Under the pieces are notes generated by a model. The model did no database searches. It was not told the origin of the DNA and saw only the letters and a program-made list of their open reading frames with translations. Shown piece by piece: positions 37,441 through 46,756 of a stretch of DNA of 64,000 nucleotides; positions within the stretch are counted from its first letter, which is position 1, and each line of letters starts with the position of its first letter. Origin of the DNA: Berkelbacteria bacterium GW2011_GWE1_39_12 (GTDB taxonomy: Bacteria > Patescibacteriota > UBA1384 > UBA12157). The translations under genes and the position numbers were made by a program. The DNA lies in contig CP011213.1 of NCBI GenBank assembly GCA_001029735.1, positions 656,298 to 720,297 on the forward strand, given 5' to 3'.

Positions 37441-38142
37441 ATGAAAATTGAAATACATCGGGTTTCGAAACAATTAAAGATACTTCGCGAACAAAAACAG
37501 CTAACTCAAGAAGAGCTAGCAAAGAGTTTGGGTGTTTCGCGTCAATCAATTATCGCTTTAGAGCAAGGAAAAAGTTTGCCTTCGCTACCTTTGGCTGTAG
37601 CTTTTTCAGAAATTTTCGAAACGCCATTTGAAGCTATTTTTTGTATCGAAGAAAAAATAAATAGTCATATTAATTTTAATGACCACGAGGAGGTGAGGAA
37701 TTTTATGTCCAATGATTTAAGTCCATGGTCCCCGATGCGCGAAGCAAGTCATCTTCATGAAGTAATAGATCGTCTTTTTGACGAAAACTGGCCGCAGGTT
37801 AAATCGCCGCAGTTACCAACAATGAATGTATATGAAAAAGACACTAACGTGGTGGTTGCTGCCGATGTGCCTGGTATTAAAGAAGAAGATCTATCTATCG
37901 AGGTCGGTGAAGATACATTGACCATTAGCGGAGAGAGAAAAACCGAAGAGGAAGTCAATGAAGAAGATTTTTATCGAAAAGAAGTAAGTACGGGTTCTTT
38001 CTCTAGAACTGTTCAGCTACCGGCTATTGTTGATAAAGAAAAGGCTGAAGCGGAAATTAAAGATGGTCAATTGATCGTTACTTTACCTAAAAAAGCAGCA
38101 GTTTCGCCAAAGATCACCAAAATTAAAGTCAAAAAGGCATAG
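37441..38142 (+). CDS. In-frame fusion of XRE-family HTH domain (N-terminal 88 aa) and Hsp20/alpha-crystallin small heat-shock protein (C-terminal 145 aa). Internal SD+ATG at 37705 could express Hsp20 alone.
   Basis: N-terminal LTQEELAKSLGVSRQSIIALEQGKSLPS is the XRE HTH. C-terminal VYEKDTNVVVAADVPGIKEEDLSIEV...GQLIVTLPK is the alpha-crystallin domain. No stop between them. GGAGGTGA lies 8 nt before ATG 37705. Confidence 0.6.
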   Translation: MKIEIHRVSKQLKILREQKQLTQEELAKSLGVSRQSIIALEQGKSLPSLPLAVAFSEIFETPFEAIFCIEEKINSHINFNDHEEVRNFMSNDLSPWSPMREASHLHEVIDRLFDENWPQVKSPQLPTMNVYEKDTNVVVAADVPGIKEEDLSIEVGEDTLTISGERKTEEEVNEEDFYRKEVSTGSFSRTVQLPAIVDKEKAEAEIKDGQLIVTLPKKAAVSPKITKIKVKKA

Positions 38143-38214
38143 ACGCCGTTGACACAAATCCATTAACAGAGTATAATTAATTTGTTAAATATATTCTGAA
38201 GGGAGATTTTTTTA

Positions 38215-38772
38215 ATGTTAGTTATTAGACTCCGTCGAACCGGTAAGAAACATGAACCAACCTATCGTATTGTTGTAACAGATCAGAGAAAATCTGTTTA
38301 TTCACCGTATGTTGAAATGCTTGGAACTTTTAATCCAAAAACCAAACAGGTGGTTATTGACAAAGAAAAAGCCATTGAATGGATGAAAAAAGGTGCCAAA
38401 CCTTCCCACACGGTCTCAAAAATCTTCGTCAAGGAAGAGATGAAGCATGACAGTATTGTTGTTAAAAAATTCCGTGCTATTTCTAAAAAAGAATTAGAAA
38501 GACAGAAAGCGGAAGATGAGGCTGAGAAAATTAAAGAGCAGGCTGAAAAAGAAGCAGCCAAAGAGGCTTTTGAAGCTCAAGTAGAACAAGAAAAGAAAGA
38601 AGCGCCGACTGAAGATCCGTTGCAGGCAGCTGCAGCTGAAGCTATTGCTGAAGATAAAGCAGAAGAAGCAGAAAAAGTAGAATCAGAAGTAAAGCCAGCT
38701 GAAAAGGAAGAAGAGACAAAGCCAGTCGAAAAGCCTGTAGAAGCTGAAAAGCCAGCTGACGAAAAAGCTTAA
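38215..38772 (+). CDS. rpsP: 30S ribosomal protein S16 with long Lys/Glu/Ala-rich C-terminal extension
   Basis: MLVIRLRRTGKKHEPTYRIVVTD...VIDKEKAIEWMKKGA is canonical S16. Residues about 80-185 are a low-complexity tail. Confidence 0.85.
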   Translation: MLVIRLRRTGKKHEPTYRIVVTDQRKSVYSPYVEMLGTFNPKTKQVVIDKEKAIEWMKKGAKPSHTVSKIFVKEEMKHDSIVVKKFRAISKKELERQKAEDEAEKIKEQAEKEAAKEAFEAQVEQEKKEAPTEDPLQAAAAEAIAEDKAEEAEKVESEVKPAEKEEETKPVEKPVEAEKPADEKA

Positions 38773-38775
38773 TTT

Positions 38776-38880
38776 TCGAAATATGGTCAACTGAATGCAT
38801 ATTGACGCAGAATTTCTAACGAAATATGGTCAAAAGAATGCATATTGACGCCGAATTTCTTACGAAATATAATGAAATTG
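38776..38880 (+). promoter_or_regulatory. Tandemly duplicated sigma70-type promoter (two ~45-nt units; second unit TTGACG-N17-TATAAT)
   Basis: Unit 1 has TTGACGcagaatttctaacgaaaTATGGT. Unit 2 has TTGACGccgaatttcttacgaaaTATAAT. Each unit also carries GGTCAA...TTGAC dyad symmetry. Confidence 0.5.
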
Positions 38881-38952
38881 TAGCAAATAGAGTAATTGAA
38901 GGCAGTAACGCAAATTGGTCGAGTTGCTGCTAAAGTAATCGGAGGAGTTGCA

Positions 38953-39297
38953 ATGAACGAAAACGCAGATCAAGCATTTGTTGAAACAGTTGTCAAAGCC
39001 ATTGTAGATCACCCAGACGATGTCAAAACCAATCGATCAGTTGATGAAATGGGAGTTTTAATCGAGCTCACCGTTAATCCTGAAGATATGGGCAAGATTA
39101 TCGGCAAAGAGGGTCGCACGGCAAAGTCAATTCGAACCCTTCTTCGTGTCTTGGGCGCAAAGAATAATGCCCGCGTCAACTTGAAGATCATCGAACCAGA
39201 AGGTGGAAAAGAAGTAAAGGCCACAGAAGAGACTCCAGCTGAATCGCCTGCAGAAGAAAAATCCCTTGAAGAGGGTCAGGCTACAGAAGTAGTCTAA
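38953..39297 (+). CDS. KH-domain RNA-binding protein (YlqC/UPF0109-like) with acidic C-terminal tail
   Basis: IIGKEGRTAKSIRTLLRVLG is the KH GxxG motif. It sits between rpsP and trmD as in the conserved rpsP-ylqC-(rimM)-trmD operon. Confidence 0.75.
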   Translation: MNENADQAFVETVVKAIVDHPDDVKTNRSVDEMGVLIELTVNPEDMGKIIGKEGRTAKSIRTLLRVLGAKNNARVNLKIIEPEGGKEVKATEETPAESPAEEKSLEEGQATEVV

Positions 39298-39398
39298 GTA
39301 TAGCTTAAATATTGTTATCAAAGGACCGCCGCAGTCCTTTCTGACGAGTTTTTCTCGCTCGGAAAAGATTGAAGGCGGTCTTTTGTTAGAAGGAATAA

Positions 39399-40064
39399 AT
39401 GAAATTCAAAATAATCTCAACTCAGCCACAGATTTATGATTCGTTTTTAACAACGGGTCTAATTTCTCGTGGTATCAATAAAAAAATAATCGAAATTGAA
39501 CTCTATAACCTGCATGATTTTGCCTTTGATAAGCACAAATCAATTGACGACTCTCCTTATGGCGGTGGTGCTGGCATGGTCTTGCGCGTTGATGTTGTCA
39601 GTAATGCCATTAAGAAACTAAAAGGTAGAAAGAAAATAAAAACTATTTTACTCACACCTCAGGGAAAGGTCTTTAATCAAGCTGACGCAAGAAGACTGGC
39701 AAAGGAAAAAGAGCTTATTTTTATCGCTGGTCGTTTTGAGGGTTATGATGAAAGGATTAGAAATCTTGTTGATGAGGAAATCTCGGTTGGTGATTTTGTG
39801 CTTACTTCCGGCGACTTACCAACTATGACGATAATTGATTCAACTTCCCGTCATGTACCCGGATTTATCGAAAAGGAAGCATCGATTCAGGAGGAATCAT
39901 TTGTAGAGAATTTACTTGAGTATCCGCAGTATACCCGCCCCGAAGTCTTTAATGACGAAAAAGTGCCGGAAGTACTACTTTCTGGAAATCATGCGGTGAT
40001 TGCAAAATGGCGCAAAGAAAAACAATTAGAAAAAACAAAAAAACGACGACCTGAGCTTTTGTGA
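39399..40064 (+). CDS. trmD: tRNA (guanine37-N1)-methyltransferase
   Basis: SPYGGGAGMVL, FIAGRFEGYDERI, and LTSGDLPTMTIIDS (SPOUT knot motifs). Confidence 0.9.
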   Translation: MKFKIISTQPQIYDSFLTTGLISRGINKKIIEIELYNLHDFAFDKHKSIDDSPYGGGAGMVLRVDVVSNAIKKLKGRKKIKTILLTPQGKVFNQADARRLAKEKELIFIAGRFEGYDERIRNLVDEEISVGDFVLTSGDLPTMTIIDSTSRHVPGFIEKEASIQEESFVENLLEYPQYTRPEVFNDEKVPEVLLSGNHAVIAKWRKEKQLEKTKKRRPELL

Positions 40065-40300
40065 AAATACACAAAGACATAAACAAGGGCATTTGTTAAG
40101 ATGGGTTTGCCAAATCAGCATGAAGTAGGTGGGGGAAAGGGGGATAGTTCAACCTCAAATTCATGCTTTGAAGGCAAATTTGAACAAGAAGGGACTAATC
40201 AAAGTGTCCCATTTACCATCTCACGGCGTTTACGCTTCGTCGTGAAAAGCCCATGACATCGGCCATGGGCTTTGTTCATTATTAACCAATTCTTTCATTT

Positions 40301-40330
40301 GACTTTTACGGGTAAAAAAGGTACAATAAT
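40301..40330 (+). promoter_or_regulatory. Candidate promoter for rplY (TTGACT-N17-TACAAT)
   Basis: TTGACTttttacgggtaaaaaaggTACAAT lies about 45 nt before the GTG start. Confidence 0.4.
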
Positions 40331-40373
40331 CTTACATTATCACAGCAATTTGTTAAAAATTTTGGAGAAAAAA

Positions 40374-41084
40374 GTGGAAAAAGTTATTTTAAAAGCAGAA
40401 AAAAGGGAAGTTTTGGGCAAAAAAGTTCAAAGCTTAAGAAATAACGGACTAGTTCCGGTTGTTTTGTATGGCAAGGATTTTGATAATCTGAGTTTATCGG
40501 TTGCAAAAAATGAATTTGAAAAAATTCTAGAAAAAGCCGGAACCTCTACTATTGTTGATCTTGAAGTTGATGGAGAAGGCAATCACAAGATTTTACTTCA
40601 TGAACCACAATACGATGCAGTTACTGGACAAATACTTCACGCGGATTTTTACAAAGTTAATATGAAAGAAAAAATTCACACTGAAATTCCATTAGAATTT
40701 GTTGGTGTTTCTGCTGCCGTTGCTGATTTAGAAGGCAACTTAATTATCAATAAAGATGCTTTAGAAGTTGAGTGTTTGCCGGATGCTTTGGTTAATCGAA
40801 TTGAAGTTGATATTACGGCTTTGAAAACATTTGAAGACTCAATTAAAATTAGTGATTTAAATATCCCTGAAGGCATAGAGATCTCAGCTGATCCAGAAGA
40901 AGTAGTTGTATTAGTTACTGCTCCACGATCAGAAGAAGAACTTGAAGCGATGGAAGGCGAAGCCGCGGCAGATGCAGAAAAAGCTCAGATCGAAAATATT
41001 GAAGCTGCTTCAGCGGCAGAAAAGGCTGAAAAAGAAACTGAAGAAGGTGCTGACGAATCTACTCCAACTGAAAAGAATGAATAA
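40374..41084 (+). CDS. rplY: 50S ribosomal protein L25 / general stress protein Ctc, with acidic C-terminal tail
   Basis: GTG start after GGAGAAAAAA. KAEKREVLGKKVQSLRNNGLVPVVLYGK matches the L25 N-terminal domain, and a Ctc-type beta-barrel C-domain follows. Confidence 0.8.
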   Translation: MEKVILKAEKREVLGKKVQSLRNNGLVPVVLYGKDFDNLSLSVAKNEFEKILEKAGTSTIVDLEVDGEGNHKILLHEPQYDAVTGQILHADFYKVNMKEKIHTEIPLEFVGVSAAVADLEGNLIINKDALEVECLPDALVNRIEVDITALKTFEDSIKISDLNIPEGIEISADPEEVVVLVTAPRSEEELEAMEGEAAADAEKAQIENIEAASAAEKAEKETEEGADESTPTEKNE

Positions 41085-42117
41085 AACATATTACTTACTA
41101 ACATTTGGTTGCCAAATGAACGTAAGTGATTCGCAAAGAATCGAATCAAAATTAAGTGATTTAGATTACAAACCAGCCTCTGAAAAAGAGGCTGGTTTGG
41201 TAATTATCAACGCCTGTTCAGTTAGGCAACATGCCGTTGATCGGATTTGGGGTCATTTTAAAAAATGGGCCGATCAAGACAAAAAGCAAATTCTGGTCAC
41301 CGGCTGTGTAATTAAAAAAGACCGCAGTGTTTTTCGTGGCAAAAACGTCGCCTTTTTTGATATTAAAGATTTAAACAATTTAGATAAAGTTCTTGCCGGA
41401 TTTACACACAAAGAAGATGAAAAGTTTGAGTATTTTTCAATTATGCCAAAGTTGTCTGGTAAAATAGCGTATATTCCAATAATGACAGGTTGTAATAATT
41501 TTTGTTCTTACTGCGCCGTCCCATATACACGAGGCAGAGAAGTCTCTCGTCCAATTGAAGAGATATTAACAGAAGCCAGAGCAGTCCTTGAAAGCGGCTA
41601 CAAAGAGATTTTATTACTGGGACAGAATGTAAATAGCTACGAATATGATTTTGCAAAACTACTAATAGCAATAGATATGATCCCTGGTGATTTTAAGTTT
41701 AATTTTATGTCTTCGAATCCACATGATATGACTGACAATATTGTGAAAACATTTGGAAAGTTAAAAAAATGGCCGAACGAACTACATATTGCAATGCAAT
41801 CAGGTGACGATGAAATATTAAAAAAAATGAATCGAAAATATAACTCAGAAGAATTTTTTAGTTTAATTAAAAAGATTAAAGAGCAGGTCCCTGATGTTAA
41901 GTTGTCGACGGATATTATTGTTGGATTTCCCGGAGAGACCAAAGAGTTGTTTTTAAATACTTTAAATATTTGCAAAAAAATCAGCTTTTATAAGGCATAC
42001 ATATTTAAGTACTCGCCACGTTTGGGTACGGTTTCAGCCAAAATGTCGGATGATGTTAGTGATGAAGAAAAGAAAAGACGCTTTGAAGAGTTAGATCAGC
42101 TAATAAACAAAAGATAA
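41077..42117 (+). CDS. MiaB-family radical-SAM methylthiotransferase (short, no TRAM domain)
   Basis: MTTase N-domain LLTFGCQMNVSD, radical-SAM cluster CNNFCSYCAVP. 346 aa ending right after the radical-SAM barrel. Confidence 0.75.
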   Translation: MNKTYYLLTFGCQMNVSDSQRIESKLSDLDYKPASEKEAGLVIINACSVRQHAVDRIWGHFKKWADQDKKQILVTGCVIKKDRSVFRGKNVAFFDIKDLNNLDKVLAGFTHKEDEKFEYFSIMPKLSGKIAYIPIMTGCNNFCSYCAVPYTRGREVSRPIEEILTEARAVLESGYKEILLLGQNVNSYEYDFAKLLIAIDMIPGDFKFNFMSSNPHDMTDNIVKTFGKLKKWPNELHIAMQSGDDEILKKMNRKYNSEEFFSLIKKIKEQVPDVKLSTDIIVGFPGETKELFLNTLNICKKISFYKAYIFKYSPRLGTVSAKMSDDVSDEEKKRRFEELDQLINKR

Positions 42118-42120
42118 ATT

Positions 42121-43911
42121 CTAATTAACCCGAACTTGGAACTTTAAATTGATTCCGTTTCCCGGATTGGGCGCCATACTTGACCAAGTAATAGCATTGC
42201 GTGCAGGATCATAAACTCCCATACCTGTTGCGGAATTGGGAACGTAGGTTGTACCATTTGGTATTTCGTCTGTAATAGAGAGTTTTTTTAACACTCCACT
42301 GGTTGTATTGTTGTAAGTTATTGTGTAAGTGATGATTTGACCAGAACTTGATTCTAATCTATCGGCTGATTTTATAATAACTTGTTTTTTAACCAAAATT
42401 TCGGTTGGCGACAAGGAATTAATAGCGACGTTTTTTATTACCATTCCTAAATCGTTAAAATAGTAGTCATAACCTTCGGGTGCATAGAGTTTGAGATTAG
42501 TGCTTTCCATATTTGGCAGTAAAACATCAGTTGCAAATGCACTTTGGTTATTTACTAATATGTTTACTTGCGTATTTTTTAACCAATTATATATTGGCCT
42601 GGGTATAAAAGAGGAGTCTTGATCGTATTGACCATTACGCATAATTCCGTATCCGTAATCATCAATTTGCTGGGCGTTTTTGAGGATATAGTTTGCTGGC
42701 AGTGCTGGTAATACAGCTCCCGGGCATAAATTTTGTGGGTCTGACTGATTGTTGTTGTAATCAGAACATTCGTTTGCATTAGTGCCATGAAATTGGTAAA
42801 TTATTGCCTTTTGAAAGACCGATGAGGTTATGTTCTCTAGTATCCTTTGACTTAATGTTTTACAATTTTCATAATCAAAACCATCAGAATCGTAAATTAA
42901 TTTACCCTCGGCATTTTTAGGGAGATCGGTCCACTTACATTCCGCGGGGTCGTCGCTTGTATTTGTGGGCGTGTTCCATGTTCTGGGGTAACCTAGAGCC
43001 GTCTGAATTTCTCCGGCATCAAGTCCGATAGCAGTTGTCCAAAGGGGTTTTCCATAATCATAATTTTGATCCATTATCTGTCGAATTTCATTTCCTCGAT
43101 TTGTAAAATTTTTTCTAAATGTGTGAATATTGGCAATGTCAAACCAGCGCCTGCCACTCCCACCGGCACCGTCGTAGATGCCTTGTATAAAATTGTCTCC
43201 TTCCATTTGCAATTGATCAGCAGGGTAATCGAGACCTCCCATAATAACTAACGCTTGTGGATTTGAAATTTTTATTGTGCTATAGGCATTAGAGAGCATG
43301 CCAGCATAGTTAACACCCATGTCATGTAGTGAAAGGCCGTTGTATTCACCAAAAAGATCTGTTGAGCCGTTTCTCACATCCATTCCACTCCAGAGCTCCC
43401 AGTATGTAACCTGTGGAAATTGCTTTGCCATATCCCCGGCAAAAGCAGCAAAGTGTTTGTAGGTATTGTAGCGGTTTTCATAATTAACGTTAGTAGGGCA
43501 GTGGTCTTTGATGCAAAGAATATTAACAATTGGTTCCACTTGTTTATTCTTCATTGTTTGAATTTTATTTTGCCATTCCGTAATTTTTTCTGGCCGATAA
43601 ACTCCTGGGCTTGATTCTATGTCATTCCAGTCCATCGTCGTTTCGACCATTCTTATGCCTAGCGGTTTTACTGAATTGAGTGCATTAGTGTTGCCGGCAT
43701 CTGAAATTTGGATTCCTGTTTCGGGGCGTTTATCCCAAATCCATAGTTTCAAGTAATTTGAATTAACTTCATCGTAACTTTTTATTTGGACTGAGTAATC
43801 TTTGCTGTGATCATCTTGAGCGTAGGTTTTTTTAATATCAAAATTTGACAAATTAAAAACCGAGGAATATATAATTCCAATAATTATTATTGTCCTTAGT
43901 AACCTTGTCAT
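42121..43911 (-). CDS. Secreted protein with glycoside-hydrolase-like central region and C-terminal DUF11-type repeat domain
   Basis: N-terminal signal/TM, Trp/Tyr/Asn-rich catalytic-looking core, and C-terminal QIITYTITYNNTTSG...DEIPNGTTYVPNS resembling the DUF11 'conserved repeat domain'. Confidence 0.4.
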   Translation of the reverse strand: MTRLLRTIIIIGIIYSSVFNLSNFDIKKTYAQDDHSKDYSVQIKSYDEVNSNYLKLWIWDKRPETGIQISDAGNTNALNSVKPLGIRMVETTMDWNDIESSPGVYRPEKITEWQNKIQTMKNKQVEPIVNILCIKDHCPTNVNYENRYNTYKHFAAFAGDMAKQFPQVTYWELWSGMDVRNGSTDLFGEYNGLSLHDMGVNYAGMLSNAYSTIKISNPQALVIMGGLDYPADQLQMEGDNFIQGIYDGAGGSGRRWFDIANIHTFRKNFTNRGNEIRQIMDQNYDYGKPLWTTAIGLDAGEIQTALGYPRTWNTPTNTSDDPAECKWTDLPKNAEGKLIYDSDGFDYENCKTLSQRILENITSSVFQKAIIYQFHGTNANECSDYNNNQSDPQNLCPGAVLPALPANYILKNAQQIDDYGYGIMRNGQYDQDSSFIPRPIYNWLKNTQVNILVNNQSAFATDVLLPNMESTNLKLYAPEGYDYYFNDLGMVIKNVAINSLSPTEILVKKQVIIKSADRLESSSGQIITYTITYNNTTSGVLKKLSITDEIPNGTTYVPNSATGMGVYDPARNAITWSSMAPNPGNGINLKFQVRVN

Positions 43912-43927
43912 CTCCCTCCTTTGTCTC

Positions 43928-45667
43928 CTAACAAGTTTTTTCGTCTAAGATTTCAATAAGTTCTGAGATTTTTTGCGTAACTAATTCTTTGGTTCCACGA
44001 GTTCTAATGGTAATGGTTTGATCGTTTTCTTCTTTATCGCCCAGAACGATTGTATAAGGAGTTTTTTTAATTTCAGCCTCGCGAATTCTTTTGCCGAGCG
44101 ATTCGTTACGGCTGTCAATTTCCACTCTAAATGCCGCCAGTTCTTTCGCGACTTTTTTGGCATATTCGTTGTGCACTTCGGCGACTGGAATAATTGTGAT
44201 TTGTGTTGGAGAAAGCCAGAATGGAAAAGCTCCGGCAAAGTGTTCGATGAGTAATGCTATAAATCTTTCGTAAGAGCCAAGAATTGCACGATGCACCATC
44301 ACCGGCGAGATTGATTCGTTATTCTCGTCAGTATAGGTTAATTCGAATCTTTTTGGTGTGGCAAAGTCCAGTTGAACTGTTGGAATTTGTACATCTCTTC
44401 CCATAGCATCCTTAAACATAAAATCAAGTTTAGGACCATATAGAGCAGCTTCACCTTCATGTTTTATGGCCCCCAGCTCCATCTCATTCGAAATTTCCTC
44501 AAGCATCCTTTCGGCATGATCCCAATCTTCTTTTGTTCCAATATATTTCTCTGGATGATCGTAATCTCTTACCGACAAAGAAACTTTATGATTTCCCCAC
44601 ATACCAATTTCTGAATAAAAATCTTTAATGATTTTTACCATATTCATAACTTCTTCTTTGACTTGGTCAATGCGGCAAAAAGAGTGGCCATCTTCTACTG
44701 TGATAGCAAAAACACGAGACAAGCCGCCGACTTCACCCGTTTTTTCAGCACGATATTGTTTATCTGATTCCATATAACGAATTGGCAGGTCTTTGTATGA
44801 CCTCATTTTTGAGGCGTAAATTTGAGTTTGATGAGGGCATTGAACTGGCTTTAAAACAAAGTTTAACCCGCCTTGCGAACTTACGCGAAAAAGTTCATCG
44901 CCGAACTTATCGGCGTGCCCAGATATCTTGAAAAGGTCAATTTTTGCTAAAGACGGGCAGCTTACTTTTTGGAAACCATATTGCCGGCAAATCTTTTCGA
45001 CTTTCTTTTGTAATTCATCCTTAATAATTGTACCCTTTGGAGTATAAAGTGGGAGTCCTGGCCCAACCAAATCTGAAAAAACGAAAAGATCAAGCTCCTT
45101 TCCTAATTTTCTATGGTCCCGTTTTTCCGCTTCGATCATCATCTCTTCATATTGTTTTAATTCGTCTTTGGTTTGGAAACACGCGCCGTAGATTCTTTGG
45201 AGCATTTTATTTTCTTCGCTGCCGCGCCAGTAGGCGCCTGCAATTTTTGTCAATTTCCAGCCTGCATTTTCCAATTCTTTAGTCGATTTGATGTGAGGAC
45301 CTTTGCATAAATCAACAAAGTTTCCAGTTTTATAAAAAGTAATTTCGTCAGCTGGCAAATCTTTAACTAATTCTAGCTTGTAATCTTGGCCGGCTTTTTC
45401 TAATAATTCTTTAGCTTTATTTAATTCGACCTCTTCTTTCTCGAAAGGTAAATCTTGTTTTATTAAGGCCTTCATCTTTTCTTCAATCAGTGGTAGGTCT
45501 TCAGGTATAAGAGTACGAGGCAGATCGAAGTCGTAATAAAAGCCATTGTCTACTGCTGGCCCGACTCCAAGTTTTGCTTCTGGGAACATTTCTAAGATGG
45601 CAGCGGCTAACAGATGAGCGCATGAGTGACGTAAAGTATCTAATCGGTTGTTTTTTTCATTTGACAT
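43928..45667 (-). CDS. thrS: Threonine--tRNA ligase (no N-terminal TGS domain)
   Basis: Editing-domain HSCAHLL, class II motifs RDHRKLGKELDLF, FRVSSQGG, GSYERF, and an anticodon-binding C-terminus. Confidence 0.85.
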   Translation of the reverse strand: MSNEKNNRLDTLRHSCAHLLAAAILEMFPEAKLGVGPAVDNGFYYDFDLPRTLIPEDLPLIEEKMKALIKQDLPFEKEEVELNKAKELLEKAGQDYKLELVKDLPADEITFYKTGNFVDLCKGPHIKSTKELENAGWKLTKIAGAYWRGSEENKMLQRIYGACFQTKDELKQYEEMMIEAEKRDHRKLGKELDLFVFSDLVGPGLPLYTPKGTIIKDELQKKVEKICRQYGFQKVSCPSLAKIDLFKISGHADKFGDELFRVSSQGGLNFVLKPVQCPHQTQIYASKMRSYKDLPIRYMESDKQYRAEKTGEVGGLSRVFAITVEDGHSFCRIDQVKEEVMNMVKIIKDFYSEIGMWGNHKVSLSVRDYDHPEKYIGTKEDWDHAERMLEEISNEMELGAIKHEGEAALYGPKLDFMFKDAMGRDVQIPTVQLDFATPKRFELTYTDENNESISPVMVHRAILGSYERFIALLIEHFAGAFPFWLSPTQITIIPVAEVHNEYAKKVAKELAAFRVEIDSRNESLGKRIREAEIKKTPYTIVLGDKEENDQTITIRTRGTKELVTQKISELIEILDEKTC

Positions 45668-45790
45668 TTTTTTACTCCTGATAACATCTTATCTTAAAAA
45701 CAGGAGTATTACAAGATATAATCTTGATAAATGTTTAGTTTTCAGCTATAATGTTTTTGCGTTAAGACTATGCTGTTTTGGAGGAAATCT

Positions 45791-46036
45791 ATGTCCGAAG
45801 AATCGAGATATCCACAAGGGGAAGATGCCCTGGCTTTCACAGTCGACGATCTCCCCGTCAGTGACGAATCGAAGACAACGCTTACTGATTTCGGCATCGC
45901 CAATGTTGGCGATATTGTCCGAGTAGGAAAAACTGCCATTGACTCTCTAATCGGAGGAGAAGAGACGGAAAGAATCCACGACGTTACTCGTCAGATGGGC
46001 CTCGAGTCGGCCATTTCTAAACAAGAGCAAGCTTAG
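45791..46036 (+). CDS. Small helix-hairpin-helix DNA-binding protein (RNAP alpha-CTD-like)
   Basis: SD GGAGG 6 nt before ATG 45791. LTDFGIANVGDIVRVGKTAIDSLIGG has the HhH GhG pattern. Confidence 0.4.
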   Translation: MSEESRYPQGEDALAFTVDDLPVSDESKTTLTDFGIANVGDIVRVGKTAIDSLIGGEETERIHDVTRQMGLESAISKQEQA

Positions 46037-46069
46037 AGACCAATCGTATTTACGGTGGTCTCTTTTTAA
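46035..46069. terminator. Bidirectional terminator shared by convergent HhH gene and tmk
   Basis: AGAGACCaatcgtatttacGGTGGTCTCT hairpin followed by TTTTT. Confidence 0.55.
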
Positions 46070-46743
46070 ATTAACTTTTCGTTTTGGAGTAAAGCAATTA
46101 TTTCTTGATGAATGTCTTCAATCGTTCTTAGTTCGCCTTTTTTATTAATACAATTCAATCTGCGGACATGACTATAATGTTTTGAAAGCCAAAGATACTG
46201 CTTTTCAGCTTCAAATAAGTGATCTTTATTTGCTTCGTGAATGTCACGTTTTTTGGAAGTATAATTTCTTTTTTCTTTTTTATCAACAAGATCTTGAGTG
46301 AATTTGGTCGGCACATGCAAAAAAACTATGAGATCTTCTTTAGGAATTCCATTGGCAACATACTCTAACTCTTCATTCCATTTAATATATTTTTTGCGTT
46401 CTTTGGGCGGTAGATTTGCTGATTGATGGGCCATATTGGAAAAGGTATATCTGTTGGCAATAACGTGATGGCCCATTTTTAGATGTTTTTCAATGTCATT
46501 CTTAGCTCCTGCACGATCCATGGCGTAGGTAAGCGATACTAAATATGGGCTGGCTTGTTTTACATCTCCAAATTCACCGTTTAAATAGCGACCGACCATT
46601 TTTCCGAAAAAAGTTTCATAGCGAGGGAAATCAGCTAGAAAAACCTTCTTCTTTTTCTTTTTCAAATGATCGATCAGTAGCTTTACTTGAGTACCTTTGC
46701 CTGATCCGTCAGTTCCTTCTATGACGATAAACTTACCCTTCAT
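46066..46743 (-). CDS. tmk: Thymidylate kinase
   Basis: FIVIEGTDGSGKGTQ P-loop and DRY-type motif region. Confidence 0.9.
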   Translation of the reverse strand: MKGKFIVIEGTDGSGKGTQVKLLIDHLKKKKKKVFLADFPRYETFFGKMVGRYLNGEFGDVKQASPYLVSLTYAMDRAGAKNDIEKHLKMGHHVIANRYTFSNMAHQSANLPPKERKKYIKWNEELEYVANGIPKEDLIVFLHVPTKFTQDLVDKKEKRNYTSKKRDIHEANKDHLFEAEKQYLWLSKHYSHVRRLNCINKKGELRTIEDIHQEIIALLQNEKLI

Positions 46744-46756
46744 TTTATTCCTAAAT

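Noticed and set aside
38776-38880. Possible CRISPR or mobile-element repeat
   Set aside because: Only 2.3 copies with no spacers. The content is a -35/-10 promoter duplication.
40942-41076. Upstream extension of the MiaB-like gene through the rplY tail
   Set aside because: Basic low-complexity translation of the acidic-tail codons in another frame. The true start is ATG 41077 (MNKTYYLLTFGCQMN).
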